Virus record (IMG/VR): IMGVR_UViG_3300012017_001157 | Span: 53,043 to 73,042 of that record | Strand: one strand, 5' to 3' | Origin: an uncultured virus (IMG/VR IMGVR_UViG_3300012017_001157) | Taxonomy: Duplodnaviria > Heunggongvirae > Uroviricota > Caudoviricetes | DNA length: 20,000 nucleotides | Translations under genes and position numbers: made by a program | The notes under the pieces: model-generated | The model's database searches: none | What the model was told of the DNA's origin: nothing | Seen by the model: the letters and a program-made list of their open reading frames with translations, nothing else | Part shown: positions 13,713-20,000 of the stretch, piece after piece | Layout: every line of letters begins with the position of its first letter | Position numbering within the stretch: the first letter of the stretch is position 1

Positions 13713-14914
13713 TTCAGTTTACAGCGCAAAACCTTCATATCGTCCCAACCGTTTGAATCTACCACCAAGGTAAGAATCCCAGTCGGGGCGTCAACCCCAG
13801 CAACTTCCTTATACCACTGAGAGCCGCCATCAAGGCTTGGGGCCTGGATATGCGTTCTTGCACCATGCGTTGACATCGCAAGGTGATGGTAGTGGCCCGT
13901 CAAGAGAAGCGTGGCATCGGATACAGGCTGCATGCCAAGAGCCTGCTTTGCCCACCAATTCTCCACTTTTCCTACTGCATTGCTGCCGCCTCGTCGAGCC
14001 TGATGCCCGTGGGCAAGCCCAACCACCGTCCCGTAGACGTCAAGCGTCAGGGTCAAGTCATTCTTTGGAATCACAAACTTGACGTGTCCAAATGCGTCTG
14101 GATTGGCGGAAAGAATCTCTGCCACCTGCTCAAACACGGCAACGTCGTCATTGTCTCCAAAGGTTGTAAACGCCTTACCGCCTCGCCTGTTTTCACCATG
14201 GTTCCCAGGCACGCAAGCAACGATCACCTCTGGGGCAAACTTAGACCACTGCATAATGGCCTTCGTAACCAGCCTTCGGGCAACCGTAATTTGCTCTCGA
14301 CGATCAAGGTCTGCCTGGAACGCCTGCATGTCGTAGTGCCCGTCGCAGTTCTCGATGATGTCACCGAGGCCAACAACAACTAAACGTGATAGCGGCCTGC
14401 CAAACTTCCTTAGTTCCTTCCAGCGATTTTCAACCTCATTAATCCCAGCAAGGAATCGTTCAACAATCTTGACGCTTCCGCCGTTTTCGCCCTTGCCGAG
14501 CTGCAGGTCTGATATCGCGACAATCATTGCGCTACCGTCTGATGAAACCTCTGGCCTGGAGAACTTGTGCTTCTTAATCTCCTCAACCATCTCCTGGACA
14601 TCTGAGCCCATCGAGGCGACCTTTCGGACAACCTTGCCCTTCCATTGTCGATTCAATACGCCAAGCGTGTCTCCCCAGACATTGAATAGCACTGGCTCAA
14701 CAACCTCAAAGTGTTCAGGGTCAAGACCCCAAACTCTAAGAACCGTTGCCCAGTCTGGTGCATTTTCTGCTGGCATTCCAGTGGTCGTAACAGTCCCCTC
14801 GTTGCCGTTCCACTGCACGCCTGGCTCCCACCCTTCTGGGTGTTGTCGCCTTGGCTTTTTTGCGTTTTCCATATCTCGCTGAACCGCGAGTATTTTTTCA
14901 AATTCTTCGCTCAT
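13709..14914 (-). CDS. Calcineurin-like metallophosphoesterase (Mre11/SbcD superfamily)
   Basis: Five motifs: ISDLQLG, GLGDIIE, PGNHGE, AHGH and TGHYHH. Confidence 0.9.
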   Translation of the reverse strand: MSEEFEKILAVQRDMENAKKPRRQHPEGWEPGVQWNGNEGTVTTTGMPAENAPDWATVLRVWGLDPEHFEVVEPVLFNVWGDTLGVLNRQWKGKVVRKVASMGSDVQEMVEEIKKHKFSRPEVSSDGSAMIVAISDLQLGKGENGGSVKIVERFLAGINEVENRWKELRKFGRPLSRLVVVGLGDIIENCDGHYDMQAFQADLDRREQITVARRLVTKAIMQWSKFAPEVIVACVPGNHGENRRGGKAFTTFGDNDDVAVFEQVAEILSANPDAFGHVKFVIPKNDLTLTLDVYGTVVGLAHGHQARRGGSNAVGKVENWWAKQALGMQPVSDATLLLTGHYHHLAMSTHGARTHIQAPSLDGGSQWYKEVAGVDAPTGILTLVVDSNGWDDMKVLRCKLN

Positions 14915-15153
14915 CGTTCACACCCGCACTGACCGCGACGATGCCGAGACATCGTATGCGGCTTCACGGAATATCCTTTCTGACCCAGCCAGCGAGCGAT
15001 CGCAGTCGACTGAATCGTTTCGTCTTTCATCGCCTCCTTGAAGGCGGTTTGCTCTTGAGCGGCAAGACGCGTGTACGTCAAGCCGATTGCGCACGATGGG
15101 CCCTTCCTTGCGGAGTCCTTGCGCATTTCATCTAGCATGTCATTAACTGACAT
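14911..15153 (-). CDS. Small HTH-like protein with Cys/His motif
   Basis: C...IQSTAIARWLGQKGYSVKPHTMSRHRRGQCGC. ATGA-coupled to the phosphoesterase. ATG 15153 lies 6 nt after AAGGAG. Confidence 0.75.
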   Translation of the reverse strand: MSVNDMLDEMRKDSARKGPSCAIGLTYTRLAAQEQTAFKEAMKDETIQSTAIARWLGQKGYSVKPHTMSRHRRGQCGCER

Positions 15154-15200
15154 TTCCATCTCCTTCAACCTTTACCTTGGCATACAGGCCAAGTAAAATG

Positions 15201-15229
15201 ATCATAACAAATAGACGAAAAGTTTTCAA
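15201..15229 (-). promoter_or_regulatory. Sigma70-type promoter for the HTH-phosphoesterase pair
   Basis: TTGAAA (15229-15224), a 17-nt spacer, then TATGAT (15206-15201) with an extended TGn. Confidence 0.75.
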
Positions 15230-15240
15230 CATACGTGTGG

Positions 15241-15277
15241 ATAAAGAAAGACCCCCAGGGTTTCCCCTGGGGGTCTT
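15241..15277 (-). terminator. Intrinsic terminator of the lysis operon
   Basis: 13-bp stem AAGACCCCCAGGG/CCCTGGGGGTCTT with a GAAA tetraloop on the - strand, followed by U-rich TCTTTAT. Confidence 0.85.
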
Positions 15278-15282
15278 CTATA

Positions 15283-15408
15283 TTATCGAGAGAAGATTCG
15301 GGCTAGTAGGCCCTTCTTTGCCTTGGGCTTTGGTGCCTTTGGCGCTGCCTTCTTCGATGGAGAAGCCTTTTTTGCTGCTGGCTTCTTTGTCTTCTTAGTT
15401 GCTGCCAT
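15283..15408 (-). CDS. Lys/Ala/Pro-rich histone-H1-like micropeptide (41 aa), not in ORF track
   Basis: MAATKKTKKPAAKKASPSKKAAPKAPKPKAKKGLLARIFSR*. AAAGGGA upstream; the stop is 5 nt before the terminator. Confidence 0.8.
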   Translation of the reverse strand: MAATKKTKKPAAKKASPSKKAAPKAPKPKAKKGLLARIFSR

Positions 15409-15455
15409 GTCAATTACCGTCCCTTTCTCGGCCATTTGGCCGTGGAACGAGTATA

Positions 15456-15851
15456 TCAGACTCGCGGCTTGGTGTCTTCCTCGTCGTCAAGCGAGCCATA
15501 AGCCTCATTGGCGAGGCTCCCTGCAAGCTCGTCAGCGATTCCGTCTCCGTCGGTATCGATAGCAGTTCCCTGAATGTGGGACGTGGAAGCTTTCTCGGCG
15601 GCAACGGCCTTCGCCTTGCCTACCCCAAACTTTCCGTCCTCTGGGTTGAGGGCGCGGACGATAACCTGTAGGCACGCTGCCAGACCAGCTGAAACAACCG
15701 TTCGGAAGTCGCCGCCGCTGATGTCAAGAAGCGGGATGCCAAGACCAAGAGCAACGGCAATCGAGGTTGCGATAAAGGCACGGGCGGCCTCCAGGAGCAT
15801 CTCGTCGATTCCGGTGTTGTCTTTAATCCAAATAAGTGCGCTCTTAATCAT
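15456..15851 (-). CDS. Putative holin
   Basis: Two hydrophobic segments, a RALNPED..FG motif recalled from phage holins, and an acidic tail. Adjacent to the peptidase gene. Confidence 0.7.
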   Translation of the reverse strand: MIKSALIWIKDNTGIDEMLLEAARAFIATSIAVALGLGIPLLDISGGDFRTVVSAGLAACLQVIVRALNPEDGKFGVGKAKAVAAEKASTSHIQGTAIDTDGDGIADELAGSLANEAYGSLDDEEDTKPRV

Positions 15852-15866
15852 TATTCAAAATCCTCT

Positions 15867-16490
15867 CTACTTCTTCTCAATGATGATGACATGCTTGAAG
15901 GGCGGGGCGTTGTGCTCTCCGGAGACCCTCTTGGAGTCCGCAATAGCCTTGAGCTGCGCCTCGGTCACGTTGACCGCAAACTGCTCCTTGCCCTTGCCCG
16001 AACGCGTTGGGCACGCCCACATCCAGCCCTCTACGGGGTCCCACGCAGCGCAGGTCATATGACCATAGCCAGCGGTGATGTGCGACTTGTCCTTCTTTGC
16101 CCAGTATCTCGCCCAGCCCGCATGCCAGGCGCTTACTTCGACTTCCTTCGGGTAGCCAATCGGCTGCTGCACCCACACGGCAAGCGCGGCGCCCTTCTTG
16201 CAGCTATTCACGACATCGGCCCAATCCTTTGCCCATCGGGCATTTGCACCAAGCTGCTTGGCGGTCTTGATAAGGTCGCCAAGGGAAGATCCGTTGTCGG
16301 ATACACCCTGCTTGTCCTTGTGGCCGGTTGCGGCCTCCTTTGCCTTGATTCCGTCCGCGGCAGAGAAATCCTTGCCAGGAGCATATTGATAGACCCAGGA
16401 AACAGCAGCGGCGACGCTGGATGGACCGCAGTCGTCCAGAATTCCGCCCTTTTCCTCGTGGTCCAGCTGAGACTTAACCTTAAGCTTCAT
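15867..16490 (-). CDS. Peptidase C39-like cysteine protease, putative endolysin
   Basis: SQLD...DCGPSSVAAA (oxyanion Gln, catalytic Cys) and YGHMTC (His). Located between the tail gene and the holin. Confidence 0.75.
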   Translation of the reverse strand: MKLKVKSQLDHEEKGGILDDCGPSSVAAAVSWVYQYAPGKDFSAADGIKAKEAATGHKDKQGVSDNGSSLGDLIKTAKQLGANARWAKDWADVVNSCKKGAALAVWVQQPIGYPKEVEVSAWHAGWARYWAKKDKSHITAGYGHMTCAAWDPVEGWMWACPTRSGKGKEQFAVNVTEAQLKAIADSKRVSGEHNAPPFKHVIIIEKK

Positions 16491-16529
16491 CTGAAACCCC
16501 CTAACTAGAACCCCATTTGAGGCTATGTC

Positions 16530-16555
16530 ATTTTACCAGCGCAAGGCTGGTTTTT
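16530..16555 (-). promoter_or_regulatory. Possible extended -10 promoter for lysis genes, overlapping a short hairpin
   Basis: TGgTAAAAT on the - strand (16538-16530). Hairpin ACCAGC-GCAAG-GCTGGT (16535-16551) is followed by a T-run on the + strand. Confidence 0.35.
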
Positions 16556-19500
16556 CTAGCCTTCTAGTTCTGCGACGCGGGCCTCTAGGGACTTCACCCT
16601 ACCGATAAGATCCTTGATTACTACGCCCTCAAGTGCCCTAAGCGTGTCATGTTTGATGCCGCGATATGAAGCCCCATCTGAGACTTCAATTGACACAGCC
16701 TCTGGGAACAGTGCCTCAACCTCGTCTGCGATAAGCCCCCAACTTTTGATGTCGGGAACCTCGTAATCAATCCCAGCAGATACAAGACCGTAGTCCCGCA
16801 TTTTTTGGGCATTGTATCTAAAGGTAACCCAGTTAAGCAATTCATATTTGTCTGTTTCTGGAGAAATAGATGAAATATCGCTTTTGAACGCGCGCTCCGA
16901 TGTCATTGAGCCAGTGCTGTATCGCCTTAAGGATACAGCGGTGCCCGTGCCGCTCCACCCAACTCCAGCTCCCGCGATGGCGGCAATGTTAGTAGGGTTT
17001 ACTTCTTTAAAAAGAGCACCAGAGGATAGCGCTACTGCGCTAACTGCAGAATCTGCAATTTTTGAGGCTGTTATAGAGTCTGCTGCAAGCATGGCACCTG
17101 TAACAGATAAACTTGGGAGTACCAGTGTACCAGTAACACTTAGCCCGGTAGCTGTTACTGCGCCAGAAACTGTTACTGCGTCGTTAAATGTAAAATTGGT
17201 TCCGTTATGGTCAATGATATTTGCGGATGAACCTGGGCGAAGCGATGATGCGACTACATAGGAACTAAAAGTTCCATTTCCTGTTACTTTTAGCCCAGTG
17301 GTGATAGTCCCAGTATCGTCAACTGAAAAAACAGCAGTACTTCCGTTAAGTACCTGGAATGTTCCAGCGCTGGTGAATCCCATTCGTCCGGTAAAGGTAC
17401 TTCCGCTCCAGTGACCGGCACGAAATGCCGTACTTGCGGGTACGGCAAATTCTCCGTATGCATTACTCGTATCTGCAAGAATAGATGGATTCACTCCGGA
17501 GCCATCAACAACAAGGTTATTAAGTTTTGCGCCAGTCGCTGTCATGATCCCAGCGGCGCTTACTCTGAACGGGGCAGATGCGGCGGTTTGGTTTCCAGCA
17601 AAGAATGGGAACGTCCCTGGTGCCATTCCAACCGCGCTTGAACCAGACCCGGAAGTCAGCGAGGAGGGATTGATGTCAAATCCGCCGATTGTTCCTGAGC
17701 CCGCAGTAATTTCACCGGTAAAACTTCCAGATGTTGCAGTAATGGCCCCGCTAATGTTGGCGCTTGTAGCGGTAATCTGCCCAGTGTTACTGACGGTAAA
17801 ATACGTTGAGGTAATTGCATTTGTTCCGCTATTGACCAGAGAGGCCCCGTATGGCAGAACCTCTGTCTCCGCAACAGTTGCGCTTGTCCCGACAGTGTAT
17901 GAAAACTGAGTTGCAGTGGGCGCTGGGCTTGCAAGGATTGTAAATGTTCCGTTGAACGGAGCGCCGACCTCTGTTATCTTTACGCTATTTCCCGAAGAGT
18001 ACCCGTGATTGGCTGTCGTTGTAAGCGTTGCAGTCGTTCCCGACTGAGCCTTATGGGAAACATCACGAAGATTACCGACTCCAAATCTTGAGTCAATAAC
18101 CAGGGCGCCGGACTTTATGACCGAGGCGTCCAGCCCTGCGGTCGAAATAAGCCCTGCGGTGATGCTGTTTGCAACGACATCAGATGACCCGATTGCGTTT
18201 TCCCACGCCCCGCCAACGCCAACCTTTCTCAGCCCTGGAGGTGTTCCGCCAAGGTGGTAAACGATTGTTCCTTCGGTGTACGAGGCGCTCGGGAGGGCCG
18301 GAAGCGTCGGGCCGCTGAATATCTCTATCGCCTTGAGGCTTGATACAAGCTTTTCCGCGGTAATTGATCCATCCGCAACTGTAACCGTTGGCTCGTTTGG
18401 CTCTGTTGGACTGCTTACTTCAGTAAACGAGCTTGCAGTAAGGTCGCTTGAGAGTGACCGTACCTTATAGCGATACTGAAGGGCGTTTGTTAGCCCGCCG
18501 TCGTTTACATATGTTGCTTTTGTATTTTGAACAGTTCTAAAGTCTGTAAAATTGTAATAGACGTAGCCGCTGACGCTTGTGGTTGAAATTGTTCCGCTTG
18601 TAAGCGATGCAAACGTAAAGCTTGTTGTTGTCGTTGAGGCGACAGACCACTGGCCCTCAAGCGCCATGATGTTGGTTGCTGTTGGCTCAAGGTCAATTCT
18701 TATTACGTCACTGACTACAAGGCCATGATTTACGGCAGTTGTAACAGTTACTGTCGACCCGCTTCTTGAAATCTCAGAGATTGCCCTAAATATCGCGTCT
18801 TGCCGCTGAATTTCAAATGAGGCGAGTTTTTTGTTTACTTCCCTAGTCTCATCAAAAGACCAGGAAACAGCAACAGATTTGTCGTTTGCGGAAACAGTTA
18901 AATCCGAAGGAATATCTGGCGTTGGAGGGACCGGATTTACATCATCAATTTCCCTGATTCTCTCGCTAAGCCTGATAAAAGCGCTTCTCTGCAGCCTTAC
19001 ATCGCCACCTACGGTTATTGTATAGATGATATCCATGCCAAGCATTTTTGCGGCAACAGATTTTACGATCATTGGTTTTGCAATTTCCATCGTATTCCAT
19101 ATAAATGGAATCACGTCTCCAACTTCAGGAACTGGATACACTGAGTCGGACGCGTTTCTCGGCCTCATCTCAAACGTGTATGACTCTATAGGCAGCCCGT
19201 TTTCTTTCCAGTACCCCTCGGCAGAAAGCCCTGCGTCGGCAAGCGTTTCTACCCTATCGTCGGTAATTGCCGCCTCTACAATTTTTCCGTTTGTCGCCCA
19301 GATTCCTGGCACAAAGTCGTAGTCGACATACTGAACCGGATTGCCGCTCGTATCCGTTAGTGCAACTTTGTTTCCGCTTGAGTCTCTTGTCCTAAACACG
19401 GCATAGAGGTGCAGCCTGTTAGCAGTGTTTCCGGACTCTACTGGGCTGCTTGGCACCTCCATTTCATAGATCGGAATGGTGTACGTATTTAAATCCTCAA

Positions 19501-20000
19501 AGTCCCCATAGCCCATAGCCCCAGTGATCTTGATTACGCTCCAGTCGGTGAAGCTGACCGACCCAGCATAGCCAGTAATGCACTCTCCGACAAGGCCAAT
19601 GTACGCAGCGGACGCGCTTGAAACGTTAACGATCTTCCACAGCCTTTCCCACTCGCCAACGGAAGAAAGGTCCCCGATGCTGTGCCTGGATATCTCTGTA
19701 CCAGAGACATTATAAATCGCGTAGTGCGCGTCCATTCTGTTGACGCTGTCGCTTGCCTTCGCCCTAACGGAAATAAAGTATTTTTCGTTTTGCACAACTG
19801 GTATCCTGCTTCCAGATGCTGTTGATATCGAAGTGGAAGAGGTGCTGCTGGACACCGTGTACCCCGCTCCATATGGTCCACTAGTGGATGCGCCAAGGGC
19901 AAACCCGGATGACGTTGTCCAGCCGTCCAGGCTGCCGTCGTATAGTCCGTTTTCAACAAGTTCTTTCGGTGTTTTTGCCCTATAGTGAAGGTTGGAGGAA
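16556..20000 (-). CDS. Large tail / receptor-binding protein (5'-truncated) with CBM-like, FN3 and C-terminal S74-type intramolecular chaperone domains
   Basis: The frame stays open from 19855 to the window edge (...KELVENGLYDGSLDGW..., a CBM-like start). FN3 pattern, Gly/Ser/Thr-rich fibre repeats (ITAEKL, ITAGLI, ITASKI), then SERAFKSDI...WGLIADEVEALFPEAV and a terminal coiled coil. Confidence 0.88.
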   Translation of the reverse strand, partial: SSNLHYRAKTPKELVENGLYDGSLDGWTTSSGFALGASTSGPYGAGYTVSSSTSSTSISTASGSRIPVVQNEKYFISVRAKASDSVNRMDAHYAIYNVSGTEISRHSIGDLSSVGEWERLWKIVNVSSASAAYIGLVGECITGYAGSVSFTDWSVIKITGAMGYGDFEDLNTYTIPIYEMEVPSSPVESGNTANRLHLYAVFRTRDSSGNKVALTDTSGNPVQYVDYDFVPGIWATNGKIVEAAITDDRVETLADAGLSAEGYWKENGLPIESYTFEMRPRNASDSVYPVPEVGDVIPFIWNTMEIAKPMIVKSVAAKMLGMDIIYTITVGGDVRLQRSAFIRLSERIREIDDVNPVPPTPDIPSDLTVSANDKSVAVSWSFDETREVNKKLASFEIQRQDAIFRAISEISRSGSTVTVTTAVNHGLVVSDVIRIDLEPTATNIMALEGQWSVASTTTTSFTFASLTSGTISTTSVSGYVYYNFTDFRTVQNTKATYVNDGGLTNALQYRYKVRSLSSDLTASSFTEVSSPTEPNEPTVTVADGSITAEKLVSSLKAIEIFSGPTLPALPSASYTEGTIVYHLGGTPPGLRKVGVGGAWENAIGSSDVVANSITAGLISTAGLDASVIKSGALVIDSRFGVGNLRDVSHKAQSGTTATLTTTANHGYSSGNSVKITEVGAPFNGTFTILASPAPTATQFSYTVGTSATVAETEVLPYGASLVNSGTNAITSTYFTVSNTGQITATSANISGAITATSGSFTGEITAGSGTIGGFDINPSSLTSGSGSSAVGMAPGTFPFFAGNQTAASAPFRVSAAGIMTATGAKLNNLVVDGSGVNPSILADTSNAYGEFAVPASTAFRAGHWSGSTFTGRMGFTSAGTFQVLNGSTAVFSVDDTGTITTGLKVTGNGTFSSYVVASSLRPGSSANIIDHNGTNFTFNDAVTVSGAVTATGLSVTGTLVLPSLSVTGAMLAADSITASKIADSAVSAVALSSGALFKEVNPTNIAAIAGAGVGWSGTGTAVSLRRYSTGSMTSERAFKSDISSISPETDKYELLNWVTFRYNAQKMRDYGLVSAGIDYEVPDIKSWGLIADEVEALFPEAVSIEVSDGASYRGIKHDTLRALEGVVIKDLIGRVKSLEARVAELEG

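Noticed and set aside
16556..17000. Possible diversity-generating retroelement target at the tail protein C-terminus
   Set aside because: No template/variable repeat pair or reverse transcriptase was seen in the window. The C-terminus is an S74-type chaperone.
1..20000. Alternative genetic code (stop codon reassignment)
   Set aside because: TAA, TAG and TGA all terminate full-length, tightly coupled genes under the standard code.

Overview
A 20 kb segment of a tailed dsDNA phage (Caudoviricetes-like) genome. No host genes, integrase, tRNA or CRISPR array were seen. From 1 to 5.9 kb on the - strand is a tightly coupled replication/recombination operon: SSB, RusA-like resolvase, DnaC/IstB-like ATPase, probable replication initiator, PD-(D/E)XK exonuclease, annealase-like protein, XRE HTH and HNH nuclease. 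It is interspersed with several 28-57 aa microproteins that the ORF track missed. From 6.1 to 9.0 kb on the - strand is a portal protein with two extra C-terminal domains, preceded by two unknown genes. From 9.2 to 13.7 kb is the only + strand block: prohead protease/scaffold fusion, major capsid protein, a small protein, head-tail connector and head-closure protein. From 13.7 to 20 kb on the - strand are an HTH + metallophosphoesterase cassette, a histone-H1-like micropeptide, a holin, a C39-like putative endolysin and a large tail/receptor-binding protein with a C-terminal S74-type chaperone, truncated by the window edge. The most notable points are the accessory 'cargo' domains on head proteins bounded by Lys-Ala/Ser motifs, the split and divergently transcribed head module with no adjacent terminase, and many unannotated microproteins. 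All product calls come from motif recognition by eye; no database search was run.
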